From an uncultured Candidatus Saccharibacteria bacterium (lineage in GTDB: Bacteria; Patescibacteriota; Minisyncoccia; Phycocordibacterales; UBA2100): a stretch of DNA of 51,072 bases. The stretch spans positions 1-51,072 of the forward strand of contig CAYMRY010000001.1 in the NCBI GenBank assembly GCA_964393065.1, read 5' to 3'. The position numbers were made by a program, and so were the translations under genes. Position 1 is the stretch's first letter. Each line of letters starts with the position of its first letter. The notes under the pieces are model-generated. The model did not search any database. It was given only the letters and a program-made list of their open reading frames with translations, and was not told the DNA's origin. This document shows, in pieces, positions 38,301 to 46,244 of the stretch.

Positions 38301-38751
38301 CAATTGAACCGACAAGTACGAACTTACTTGATTCCAAAGCGGTGTTCCCAACAACTGTTACGCGTACAATACGACCTGTTTTAGGTCCTGCAAAATTACT
38401 TCCAGGAGTATTTTCATATGTGTATGAAAGATAAAGAAAGCCATTACTCTCAAAATTGGGATCTACGGCGATTCCAAGTAAGCCCCGATCACCAAATGTA
38501 TTGACATCAGTAAGTGTTATTACCGGCTCTGGGGCGAGCTGCCCGTTCTGAACAACACGAACAGTTCCGCTTTTTTCCGCGACAAATATTCTTCCATCAT
38601 GTGCAAAAGACATTGCCACAGGAAGTATAAATCCAGATGCAACAACTTCCCTCTCAAATCCAGGCTCTATAATAACTGCAGATACATGCCATGGGGCGAT
38701 AAGCACCAGTGAAAGTAATGCACTACAAAGAAACTGACTGATAGTTTTCAT
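32302..38751 (-). CDS. giant secreted multidomain protein: glucose/sorbosone dehydrogenase-like propeller, PKD, Ig-like spacers, six CBM-like modules, split CE4 deacetylase
   Basis: 2149 aa with a signal peptide. aa ~30-402 form a GSDH-like propeller (DRGLLGIAVDP, HSVGGLRFGPDGKLY). aa ~408-493 form a PKD domain. Six modules share the core GGWGxNxRxFxYP...NGDAKWYF...PG. The C-terminus carries NodB/CE4 motifs TFDDG and HTQTH. Confidence 0.8.
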   Translation of the reverse strand: MKTISQFLCSALLSLVLIAPWHVSAVIIEPGFEREVVASGFILPVAMSFAHDGRIFVAEKSGTVRVVQNGQLAPEPVITLTDVNTFGDRGLLGIAVDPNFESNGFLYLSYTYENTPGSNFAGPKTGRIVRVTVVGNTALESSKFVLVGSIGGGIDAPSCENFPVTADCIPSDSGSHSVGGLRFGPDGKLYATLGDGANFDYADPLSLRAQNIDSLAGKVLRINTDGSAPADNPHFNGNVMANRSKVYASGVRNAFRFNFSPNSGALYVGDVGWSSREEVNKIISGANYGWPCWEGTVLTIHNCSASTTNPIYEYPHNEFGAGSITVGDFAHSNAYPAAYDTTLFVGDYAQNWIKRLVLNENDEFVSIHDFMDDPDGPVDISAGPDGSIYYLSIYTGELNRITHTTGNRRPVVSIFATPTAGLTPLSVVLSSDGTYDPDGDVLTYDWNFGDGAASSEEDPVHTYSLDGTYTASLTVADIHGSSASQSVVITVGNQAPTAHITSPSSGSLYKPNDIVDLSGEGLDLEDGSIPASNFHWRIILHHNTHIHIEQEFIGVKNPWFIAPDHNATDVYTEVELTVTDSNNLSHTTSVNLYLDNSTGAGNLIPNPSVEVPEDGAGINPLYWIRGNYGFNNPTFTYPVPGFDGARAAAVSMDFHSDGNAKWYFSPISVSPGEQYLYSNFYTASVPTAHSVQFGKSDGTYQYLFLGDSPATTVPTQVNYLVTVPANIETMTIWHELSDVGILTTDTFSLTHVENTNDTTAPSIYISSPIDSAILDGTIMVTVAAADAGGVADVQLLVDGYEYAAEVVGEPYFFSLDTTYLSNGLHVISARARDNSGNISYATPIHVTFANAAQNLVINGNFELENGPTPFNWGHGGWGDHTRVYTYPILGYDGGRAARVEIINYPDAPVGNGDSKWFFTKIPITPGIEYFYRDYYRSDTISDIIGQYTLSTGEFHYFGLQKEIQPTLAWASTTGTFTPPEGATHVTLFHLISSEGFLEIDDVSLTEMGAGFPSETNAPIVEITNPVAHQTIHGTVTLSASSTDDTAVTYIFYAIDGIPLTGQITSAPYNFEWDTTTIVDGEHLIKATTHDPYGNNSTHTITVTVDNTSPTGDNRIANPSLEAPGPNGDPQAWYRGGWGDNDRVFTYPTEGSHGFDAAKIEITSLLNGDAKWYFADVAVLPGEVYVFSHEYKSTVSTELLVRYTLIDGSIQYQYLGTRAPAGNWTQSLATMTAPVNAVSLTVFHILHSVGSLEVDNFSLTEADVTPPMVTLDSPIGGTVSGTTTVSGTASDASGIVGVTFIVDAVENGAEDTSAPYEFAWDTTVVTNGAHVLSLRARDAAGNTATSTVTVDVSNYVPAVGNLIVDPYLEQIDVVGQTAWKKGGWGMNNRTFSSVSTGKAAIGAKVEITNYTNGDAKWYFEDVPVTPGATYTFSNYYQSNVSTELLARVTRVDGTILYMFLKTLPASGSTGAYSLAQFTVPSDAASVTVFHILHAAGYLVTDTYKLYEGAHIPDTIAPIVAITAPLEGTTITTGTTISVVSDVDEYVAIAAYGVTVDGVSYVEDSTSQPGGPAEDEARSITLPLSGLSQGSHILHTWVRDVAGNIGTSSPISITIDTGVDEPPLVSLIANPSFEIEAGANTPAQWTTAGWGTNTRVFTYPVAGTHGDNGARIEMTSYTNGDAKWRHDDVAVVPGQEYTFTHDYRSNVTTNITARYTMTNGTYQYISLGNFGPVADWTSIQQTFLPPQGAASVTILHILNSVGWLEVDAYELIEGNPNMFANGMVSLTFDDGWISQYATALPILNAANMKGTFFITSQETLNAVSEELVYNPSLEEIDFDDEGYPKRWHPGGWGTNDRTFAYPIAGETGQGARVEMTSYTDGDAKWWFEGVAVIPGQTYRFEDSYMTDTITEIVLEITLTDDTVQHVYLDALPSTNGVWQRYSRDVELPTNARLVTLYHILASVGTLTIDNMSVKRVPEFLNTSQMLEMQTQGHEIAAHTQTHANLTTISTEQAQQEIAGSRAELLGAGITSVASIAYPFGAYNPAVQQMVRDAGFIGARGVERGFNTKATDKFALKIQSMNRSTTLVELQEWINEAIADNAWLVLMFHQVDDDLSKSLGVSPIFFQETVNAIATSGIEVISFEDAIARMNP

Positions 38752-38763
38752 ATGATTATAAAA

Positions 38764-39177
38764 TTATGGTTGCGTGTAAGATCGTGTAAACACAATTTCA
38801 TGCGAAGCTACCGCTCGAAATACGTCCAGATAGTATGTAGAATCGAGAATTGTCTGAAGCATAGGTCCTGCGACCATGAGACTCTGTGCACCCGCTTTAA
38901 GTGATCCAAGGTGCGATTCGCGAGCGCCTTCACGTGCTCCGGTTTGAATTGCAATGATTGTGGAGAGAAGTACCAAAATACCAATTGCAAGAACTATTGC
39001 GTGCGCAAGTGCACTACTATATATCACTTGAGAGGAACTATTTAAGGAAAGATGTCGCGCCCAAAGACGACGGTTACGCGATCCCGCAAGTGCGCTAACA
39101 GCTGTAGCGACCCCAATAATTAAGAGGTGTATAAGAAGAGAGAGTCCTGAAAAAGGAGATTTCATAAATGTATACAA
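38764..39177 (-). CDS. small two-TM membrane protein, translationally coupled to the GT2 synthase
   Basis: 137 aa with two hydrophobic helices. Its start codon abuts the GT2 stop (39178), and it ends 12 nt before the giant gene start. Confidence 0.5.
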   Translation of the reverse strand: MYTFMKSPFSGLSLLIHLLIIGVATAVSALAGSRNRRLWARHLSLNSSSQVIYSSALAHAIVLAIGILVLLSTIIAIQTGAREGARESHLGSLKAGAQSLMVAGPMLQTILDSTYYLDVFRAVASHEIVFTRSYTQP

Positions 39178-40206
39178 TTATCGGGTACTCGTATGGACTC
39201 GCTCTGGTTTGAACCAAACGAGATTGTTGCGACGGAAAAAATATTCTCTAAACATTTGTTCTAAGAAGGTATAAGCGTGAATGTATACAAGCACGAGATA
39301 TGGAATGGGCACTAATAGTAAATCCGGACGTCGTTCTTTGTACGCGGCAAATACAGCAAACACTTGTGCGAATGCAAAGTAGGATACGAGAAATGCGAAA
39401 TAGAATCGTAAGCTCAAAAGAGGTAAGAGAAATAGAAGTATCGAAAACGCAATACCTTCAAAGTACATCAGCGCTAGCTCTAGCGCGATTGTCGGATGCT
39501 TTAATGCCAAATGATGGTGCTTAACAAGACACTGCCAACCGCCTCCGAACCAACGACGCATCTGATTTATGTAATTGTGAAGATTTGCGGGATCTTGTGT
39601 AAAGACAACTGCACGTCGATCATAATGTATCTCAAGATTATGTTTATGAAGTCGATAGGTGAAATCAAGGTCTTCGGTCAGAGTGTCGTGATCAAACGAG
39701 ATGTACTTAAAAAACGTATCCGTACGAAATGCGCCCGCTGCACCAGGAATTACAAACAGAAAACCAATGTAGTGCTGAGCCAGCTTATGTAGGTTTTGAC
39801 CAACAGCATATTCAAAAGCACGACACGCCGTAAGCCAATTATGTTTTATACTCCGTACATATCCGGCGACCGCTGTAAGATTAGAATTATCTCGAAAGTC
39901 TTCCTCGATATACTTGACAAAATCCCGGTCAAGAATCGAATCTCCATCCGTTGCTATAAAGACGTCACCCGTAATGAATTGAAGGCCGTACTCTTGAGCA
40001 TGGCTTTTGTTTCCCGTAGCAACCGGAATGTCCACAACACGAATAGCGCTCCCAAATTGGCGCAGAATTAGTGGTGTAGAATCGGTACTTCCATCGTTTA
40101 CGACAATTATTTCGTCTGCCGGTCGCGACTGCTGAAGACAAGATCGTAGCGTTGCTTCGATCGTTTTTTCTTCGTTGTGACACGGGATAAGAATTGAAAT
40201 TTTCAT
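39178..40206 (-). CDS. processive family 2 glycosyltransferase (PgaC/IcaA/NodC/cellulose-synthase-like)
   Basis: 342 aa with VNDGSTD, DGDS (DxD), TEDLDFT (TED) and QMRRW (QxxRW) motifs, plus C-terminal TM helices. Confidence 0.8.
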   Translation of the reverse strand: MKISILIPCHNEEKTIEATLRSCLQQSRPADEIIVVNDGSTDSTPLILRQFGSAIRVVDIPVATGNKSHAQEYGLQFITGDVFIATDGDSILDRDFVKYIEEDFRDNSNLTAVAGYVRSIKHNWLTACRAFEYAVGQNLHKLAQHYIGFLFVIPGAAGAFRTDTFFKYISFDHDTLTEDLDFTYRLHKHNLEIHYDRRAVVFTQDPANLHNYINQMRRWFGGGWQCLVKHHHLALKHPTIALELALMYFEGIAFSILLFLLPLLSLRFYFAFLVSYFAFAQVFAVFAAYKERRPDLLLVPIPYLVLVYIHAYTFLEQMFREYFFRRNNLVWFKPERVHTSTR

Positions 40207-40361
40207 ACGAATACCGACTTCACGAACCCCTCACGCTTCGCGCGAATAACTTTCTATGAGAAAAACGCTCCGTAGGTACGCTACGGTTTTTTTCACCACA
40301 GGAACGACGAAATTCAAGAGCAATGAAGTCGTCAGAATAGTAACACCCATATGAACTAAAG

Positions 40362-41177
40362 TCAAGTATTGGCAACGAAAGAGTCCCCCCTTCGGCTGTG
40401 GACTCGAAAAGCTCGTGTAGTACGCAACACCTTCAAAAATACCAATGCAACTCTTCGAGCCCCAGTGACGATCGAACGAAAGAACTGAAATGTGAATCTG
40501 GCCTGCTCTTGCAGTGCAGCCTCCGCTAGAGGAATATCGTCAGGTTTTCCTACAGGTAGCCAAAATGGCGTTCGCACTACCATTACACGACGAACTTGTG
40601 CGAGTGCTGCTAACATATCAGTAAGTTGCATCTCACCATTTTGTGCAGGAGGAACTTGGTATTTAAAAATGTCTGTACTGAGGACCATTGTTGCAGTATT
40701 GATTAATCGTGACATTGGAAATTCGGGTTTTTCATCGATACCAAGAAGGACGTCTGCATCAGTGTGTGATATGACCCCGAAACGCTCTGGCTCAGGATGT
40801 TCATAAGCAACAACAGATAGTTCAAAACGAAGCGCTGCTTGGACCCCTTTTGTGTGTATTAAATCGTCGGCCGAGACTACGAGAAAACGACCGGTCAGGT
40901 ATTCACGTGCGGCAACTAGTGCCGCACCGGTTCCTTTTATAGTGCCTTGCTGGACATAGCATACAGATCGTCCAAGAAACTCGTCTTTGCAGTGCTCCTT
41001 AATTTGTTCAGCTCTATATCCCACAACGATGATTAGTTCAGTAATCTCCTTGGGAAGCGCTCGAACAACGTGCGTAATAAGCGGTACACCTGCCACTTCG
41101 ACGAGTGGTTTTGGACGCGTGAGAGTAAGAGGTCGCATACGGGTTCCCTCCCCTGCTGCGAGTATGACTGCTTGCAT
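40362..41177 (-). CDS. sugar-1-phosphate nucleotidylyltransferase
   Basis: Begins MQAVILAAGEGTRMRPLTLTRPKPLV (G-x-G-T-R-x motif). Start set at 41177. Confidence 0.75.
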   Translation of the reverse strand: MQAVILAAGEGTRMRPLTLTRPKPLVEVAGVPLITHVVRALPKEITELIIVVGYRAEQIKEHCKDEFLGRSVCYVQQGTIKGTGAALVAAREYLTGRFLVVSADDLIHTKGVQAALRFELSVVAYEHPEPERFGVISHTDADVLLGIDEKPEFPMSRLINTATMVLSTDIFKYQVPPAQNGEMQLTDMLAALAQVRRVMVVRTPFWLPVGKPDDIPLAEAALQEQARFTFQFFRSIVTGARRVALVFLKVLRTTRAFRVHSRRGDSFVANT

Positions 41178-41249
41178 GGCGGGATTGATAACATTATATT
41201 TGACATATGTCAATACTAATGAACATTCTGCATCCGGTACGATACCAGT

Positions 41250-41792
41250 ATGTATTCAGCGTCATTTCAGAAACCATATATTGCTACAATTAACTCCATG
41301 TGGAATGGTTCTCCCGCCTCAGGGGAGCTTCACGCACAAGTACAGCTGAGGCCGAAGAACGATGGTCTTTTCGTACGAGTACGGGGACAATCATTAGTGG
41401 AACAAGAGAGACCTCACGAGCCTGAAGGTTCACGTGTTGACGGCCTTTGGCGTTATGATGTTATTGAGATCTTTCTTGTAGGAGCGAATAATCATTACAT
41501 AGAGGTTGAACTCGGGGCTTTTGGGCATTGGCTCGTACTTGGATTTAATGGCGTTCGAGCTCTGAGCAATACTTATATCGATTTCGCACCTCGAATATCT
41601 CATCAACGTACTCAAGAATCGTGGGAGAGTTGTATGCTTATTCCCTGGAACTTACTACCTCTTCCTATCGTCCGCATGAATGCGTTTGCTATTCTCAAAG
41701 GAGAATTCCTAGCGTTTCAGAAAGTTCCCGGAGCCAAACCAGATTTTCATCAACCTCAAATTTATCCCGAATTCCATCTAGACCGACCTTGA
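41250..41792 (+). CDS. CBM9-like / DOMON-like carbohydrate-binding domain protein (tentative)
   Basis: 180 aa. LWRYDVIEIFL ... YIEVELGAFGHW ... PDFHQP resembles the carbohydrate-binding family 9-like pattern. Weak call. Confidence 0.4.
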   Translation: MYSASFQKPYIATINSMWNGSPASGELHAQVQLRPKNDGLFVRVRGQSLVEQERPHEPEGSRVDGLWRYDVIEIFLVGANNHYIEVELGAFGHWLVLGFNGVRALSNTYIDFAPRISHQRTQESWESCMLIPWNLLPLPIVRMNAFAILKGEFLAFQKVPGAKPDFHQPQIYPEFHLDRP

Positions 41793-42821
41793 ATCAGTAA
41801 CTATGCTCTCCGCAGCATTGCGATTATTGAGCAGACTCGCAAAAAGTGCAGACTGTCCTTTTGCACGCGCAAGATTGTGCAACCTTCGGCTCTGATACCG
41901 ATTCTGATCCCAACCAAAATACGAGTCTTTGAAATAATCAATCAAAAAGCGTGCAGTAAGTTCGAGTGTTATTAACAGAATACCTTGCACAATGTATTCG
42001 CGTTCTTCCAGCGTCAGATGTGTAACTTGAGAAGAGTAGCCTTTCCATCCCGCTGCAAATCGTTCGAGAGAAAATGCATTATCCGGATCGTCCTCCTCAT
42101 TTCCACACCACGAACGAAATGCATCCCCCATTTCAACAGGCACCGGCATACGATTACAGGTATCAAAGTCTATGAGTGAAACGGCCTCTCCTTTTTCATT
42201 AAAAAGGATGTTTGAGATTTTTAAATCACCGTGAGCAGGACGTCGCGGGAGCGAGGCCGGCAGATACAGGGTTGGAAGAGTTTCTATAATAGTCGTACCG
42301 AGTTCGCGTACAGATGAATCTAGAAGTTCGTCCGTTGCAAATGTTTCAAGTGTCTCGATGAGCTCTCGGCATATCAAAGGAGTTTGATGAAGTATCAATG
42401 TGGATTCAAATGGCGTCCCAAAATCCTGCATGATCTCATGAAATCGCCCGACGATTTTCCCTGCTTCGTGGACACGTGCTTCGTCCTTTGCAGATGTAAC
42501 AGTTTGCCCCGGCACGAACGTATACATACGATAGGCATAGGATCCATCGCGAAAAACGATGTCATCCGAGACTGTTCGTAGCGCGACAGGTGCAGAAAAC
42601 CCACGCGCATGTAAATGATCAGTTACGTGGACAAAATCTTGAAGCACCGCGTCGGACGAGAGCAGTGGGTGCAGCTTCTGGAGGATATATGACCCTTTTT
42701 CTGAATCGACCTTAAACGTCCCGTGCATGAGACCGACGCTCAGTGTTTTGATACTAACTAACTGAATACCAAACTGACCTACCACTTTCGCCACATTGTC
42801 CGATTCTGTCGACATGCGCAT
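41778..42821 (-). CDS. aminoglycoside phosphotransferase (APH)/choline-kinase-like small-molecule kinase
   Basis: 347 aa with HGDLKISNILF (Brenner motif) and LIDFDT (DFD metal-binding motif). Confidence 0.65.
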   Translation of the reverse strand: MRMSTESDNVAKVVGQFGIQLVSIKTLSVGLMHGTFKVDSEKGSYILQKLHPLLSSDAVLQDFVHVTDHLHARGFSAPVALRTVSDDIVFRDGSYAYRMYTFVPGQTVTSAKDEARVHEAGKIVGRFHEIMQDFGTPFESTLILHQTPLICRELIETLETFATDELLDSSVRELGTTIIETLPTLYLPASLPRRPAHGDLKISNILFNEKGEAVSLIDFDTCNRMPVPVEMGDAFRSWCGNEEDDPDNAFSLERFAAGWKGYSSQVTHLTLEEREYIVQGILLITLELTARFLIDYFKDSYFGWDQNRYQSRRLHNLARAKGQSALFASLLNNRNAAESIVTDSRSV

Positions 42822-42864
42822 ATTGTACCGTATGCTATATACTAGGCATATTCACACTATACGT

Positions 42865-43755
42865 ATGTACGAAAAAGAATATCGTGGGAAAACGAGACTC
42901 ATGAGGGGCACAGAGGAACAATTGACGAATGCCTCAAAAGCCAGGGGACTCATTGATCACATACCATCATTCTCTGAAGATCCTGAGAACATTCTTCGAA
43001 CTCTCAGATCTTTGGATGCTTTCATTGTCTTTGAGGGAAATACTGTTTTAAAAGCGAGTTCAGCGCCGGATGCAGCTCTTCGCATAAAGCCGACGAGTTT
43101 TCGAGACGGTGATGACTTTGGTCCCCTCGGAGGTCGCCATCGTACACTTGCTGCGGGCATTATCGGCGCCACGCTCGGAGCAGACTCGCCGCAACCAGTC
43201 TTCGTCGGTGGCAATCCGGATAAGAAACTTTTGAGTCATGACGTCGCGCACAGCGGAGCAGAAATATATGAAGCGAATTATCAGGAGACGATTGAGAAAA
43301 TTCGAGCGAGTGCCGCTCCAGACTCACCACAAAAGCCACGCACGCGCTCTGTTGCAAAGACATTTCCTGCACCGGCACTCATTCTCGACCAATCAGAAAA
43401 TTCGTACGGAGATATTGAACACGCACTCAAAACTGCGACCGAACGAGGGTGGACAAAGCTCGGTTTTTTAAGCAACCAATATCATCTCCCGCGACTCCAG
43501 AAACTATTTGAGCTTGCAAGAAAAAATAATGCACCCCAATTTGATACTATTGAAGTTACTCTTCTCGGAGCTGAAGATATAATAGTGAGCCTTTCGAGCG
43601 ACGTCATGCGTGCGCGTTACGAGCCTATCTTAATAGAGGCGTATACCGAGCCCGGCATGCTCTCTCGAATTGCACAAGAAAAAAAGGGTATTTCCGATAT
43701 TAAGAGCGGCAGTTATGCGCCGGGATCGAGTAAGTCAACTTCTTCAGGTAAGTAA
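42865..43755 (+). CDS. DUF218 (YdcF/SanA-like) domain protein
   Basis: QSENSYGDIEHALKTATERGWTKLGFLSNQYHLPRLQKLF matches the DUF218 core pattern (T.eNa ... vTs.yH..Ra). Start uncertain (ORF open from 42796). Confidence 0.5.
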   Translation: MYEKEYRGKTRLMRGTEEQLTNASKARGLIDHIPSFSEDPENILRTLRSLDAFIVFEGNTVLKASSAPDAALRIKPTSFRDGDDFGPLGGRHRTLAAGIIGATLGADSPQPVFVGGNPDKKLLSHDVAHSGAEIYEANYQETIEKIRASAAPDSPQKPRTRSVAKTFPAPALILDQSENSYGDIEHALKTATERGWTKLGFLSNQYHLPRLQKLFELARKNNAPQFDTIEVTLLGAEDIIVSLSSDVMRARYEPILIEAYTEPGMLSRIAQEKKGISDIKSGSYAPGSSKSTSSGK

Positions 43756-43855
43756 TAGTATTTCTGCATGAGATCACAACATGTCACTTGACGGATGACC
43801 ATATCCATGATAAGCATCTCGCAGGAAATCTCACTCTTTTAGGGAGAGCAGCGAG

Positions 43856-44095
43856 ATGTTCGACTCAACAGCGGCCGCATACGGCCTTTACCAACAGTAC
43901 CTTGTCCGCTCTGAGCGGCACGGACTTCTTGCAGCAGCAATGCAGGAAGAAGCGATTTCCTACCCTCTTAACACACCCGAACACCGCAAATGTCTCGATC
44001 TCGTCACTCGCTTTCGAGAGCGCCAATCGGTACTTTCGTTACGAGCGCATCAGCTGCAAGTCGAGCTTCAAAAGAGGAGCCGGCATGCAGCATGA
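43856..44095 (+). CDS. hypothetical small protein
   Basis: 79-aa ORF preceded by gggagagcagcgag. No family recognised. A competing overlapping ORF 43788..44291 seems less likely. Confidence 0.3.
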   Translation: MFDSTAAAYGLYQQYLVRSERHGLLAAAMQEEAISYPLNTPEHRKCLDLVTRFRERQSVLSLRAHQLQVELQKRSRHAA

Positions 44096-44173
44096 GTGGG
44101 AAAGAACTGCAGCGGCGCGCCTCTTGGTGCGCCGCTTCTCTTCTGTCACCGGCACTGTGAGCAGGCGCTCGCT

Positions 44174-44980
44174 CTATCGTCCGACGACATCCTTAAACCG
44201 CACAAACGTGTACCCTTCCGCTTTCAATCTATCCAGTAGTGCGATGTACTGCATGTATTTTATTTCATCAAGCACGTCGTTCGTTGTATAGTCTTGCGGA
44301 TGCACCATAATGACGCAGTGCGGACTACTCTCAAGACGTCGAGCGCATTCCATAAGGACGGTATCCACGGAATTCAGCTGATCGGTTTCGTAATTATAAG
44401 CCGTTGCGCCGTAGTCGAACTCATCGATCCCTTCCGACGAAATGACCTTAAACCCTAGATCATTCGCCGCTTTCCGTGCAGCATCAGACATTTCATTAAG
44501 AGGTGGTATAAACGTCACTACGGGTTCTCCTGAAAGGTCACTAAGAAGACGTGCACCCTCTGATATCAAGGCAAACGCGCTTTGATAATCAAGGTTTCCA
44601 ACTTCGGGTGTGTCAGGAGTCTCGCCTTGATGGTCAAAACCATGTTGCGCAATCTCAATCCAACACAGCTCATTTTCAAGAAATTTTCGAATAGGTGTGT
44701 CAGCATCTATATTCAGGGGTATCACCCCAAGCGAGACAGGAACCGAGCGAGCGCGAGCGTCCTCAATGAGCTTCATAGATTCTGTTTCGAGCCAGTATGC
44801 TTGTATATCATCAATCCGAATGATCGCCATTTTTGTACCGTATTCGGGAATAAACGGTACACATGAACTGGCGGCCTTAGAGAATACAGTTGGTAGGTAC
44901 AGCCACGCTAATAGGATAATTGTTGTACCAAAAGCTAACGCCGATAATTTGTTGTATGATTTTCGGGACATGGCTCGCAT
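44174..44980 (-). CDS. DUF2334 / polysaccharide deacetylase-like membrane-anchored protein
   Basis: 268 aa with an N-terminal TM helix. IIRIDDIQ ... IAQHGFDHQ ... VIMVHPQD resembles predicted DUF2334 deacetylases. Confidence 0.45.
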   Translation of the reverse strand: MRAMSRKSYNKLSALAFGTTIILLAWLYLPTVFSKAASSCVPFIPEYGTKMAIIRIDDIQAYWLETESMKLIEDARARSVPVSLGVIPLNIDADTPIRKFLENELCWIEIAQHGFDHQGETPDTPEVGNLDYQSAFALISEGARLLSDLSGEPVVTFIPPLNEMSDAARKAANDLGFKVISSEGIDEFDYGATAYNYETDQLNSVDTVLMECARRLESSPHCVIMVHPQDYTTNDVLDEIKYMQYIALLDRLKAEGYTFVRFKDVVGR

Positions 44981-45059
44981 TATACATCATATATGCGCGT
45001 ATGACAATATCACTGTAGATTATCTTACCTGGTGCATTGCCTACCAAGTAACAAAATCC

Positions 45060-45083
45060 GAGGGTCGCCTGACGGCGACCCTC
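45060..45083 (-). terminator. hairpin downstream of the DUF1153 gene
   Basis: Stem gagggtcgcc / ggcgaccctc with a 4-nt loop. On the minus strand it is followed by ggattttgtt. Confidence 0.45.
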
Positions 45084-45088
45084 TGCAT

Positions 45089-45394
45089 TCAATCCCTAAT
45101 TCTCCTCTGTCGATCAATCTGAACTTTGTCCACCTTGAGGCCATTGAGGCCATGCTTGTCGATCGCGCGCTGCCATGAAAGAAACTCGTCAACGGTGATG
45201 TTGTAGCGCTCGCACATCTCATCAAAACTGATGAGCCCGCCGCGCACCGCGGTGACCACTTCAGCCTTCCGCCGAATAACCCACCGCTTCGTATCCCGAG
45301 GCGGCAGATCCGCCACGGTTAAGGGTTTTCCATCGGGGCCGACGACATGGCGGGTTCGAACTCGTAGATCCGACTTCTTCTCGATATTCGACAT
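45089..45394 (-). CDS. DUF1153 (SciP-like) helix-turn-helix protein
   Basis: 101 aa. GPDGKPLTVADLPPRDTKRWVIRRKAEVVTAVRGGLISFDEMCERYNITVDEFLSWQRAIDKHGLNGL closely follows the DUF1153/SciP pattern as I recall it. Confidence 0.7.
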   Translation of the reverse strand: MSNIEKKSDLRVRTRHVVGPDGKPLTVADLPPRDTKRWVIRRKAEVVTAVRGGLISFDEMCERYNITVDEFLSWQRAIDKHGLNGLKVDKVQIDRQRRIRD

Positions 45395-45459
45395 TTTGTG
45401 TCCTTTCCGGCACAGCTGAAACTGGATTTATAATGCCACAAAACCTATACTACGCAAGT

Positions 45460-45756
45460 CTAAGTATCTGAGTTGAATCTTTCACGTATGTACTTTTCAA
45501 TATCTTCGTTCGTGATTGTTAATCCTACTTGAGATCCGGAAATCTCATTCACTTTCATCTGAATACGTCTCACGATTCCATCCAGTGCATCGCTATCATC
45601 GACTGCCGCTCCCCCGCGAAGTCCCAAGTTCTCCTGAGCTTCAGTTAAAAGTCCATCCAATCCCTGAAGTCGATAGCGTCCTATCAGTTTAACGCCAGCT
45701 TCTTTGTCGGGTACACCGCGCATATTTTTTTCGGGATTTCTTCGTCCAAATTCCAT
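45460..45756 (-). CDS. hypothetical protein
   Basis: 98-aa ORF, no family recognised. Confidence 0.35.
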   Translation of the reverse strand: MEFGRRNPEKNMRGVPDKEAGVKLIGRYRLQGLDGLLTEAQENLGLRGGAAVDDSDALDGIVRRIQMKVNEISGSQVGLTITNEDIEKYIRERFNSDT

Positions 45757-45826
45757 GCGTATATTCTACCATGCAAAAATGTGCACCCCGACCGCCTCAG
45801 CGTCCGGGGTGCTGACCGAGCTTCGC

Positions 45827-46129
45827 CTAGCCGCCAAACATGATGCCTTCACACGCCGCATACTTGATTGGGTCTTCTGCGACATACTTAATCACTTCAT
45901 ATTTGGACGCCATTGCGTACTTAACGCAGGTTCTTCCAAAATCCTCGATCGCCTTCTCTGCAGCTTCGCGATTGGGTAGATCCCACGCAAAGCCCTTACT
46001 TGTCTCGACGACATAGCGCTGTCCAGATACTATCCGAACGGCCATGTACTTTTCAGCTATTTCAACCTCTATCATGCCGCTTCTCCTCTCGGCTCCGCAT
46101 AGTGTCGCATCATAGCCATATTCTGACAA
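45827..46129 (-). CDS. hypothetical protein
   Basis: 100-aa ORF, no family recognised. Confidence 0.35.
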   Translation of the reverse strand: MSEYGYDATLCGAERRSGMIEVEIAEKYMAVRIVSGQRYVVETSKGFAWDLPNREAAEKAIEDFGRTCVKYAMASKYEVIKYVAEDPIKYAACEGIMFGG

Positions 46130-46244
46130 TTAGGGATGAAGCATTGCGCAGTGGAATGATGAGTACCACAAGCCCTTCCCTCCTAATTGCAATCGTGTGG
46201 TTATGCGCTAGAATACGGCGCAATCACTAGCAATAGTGATGTAT

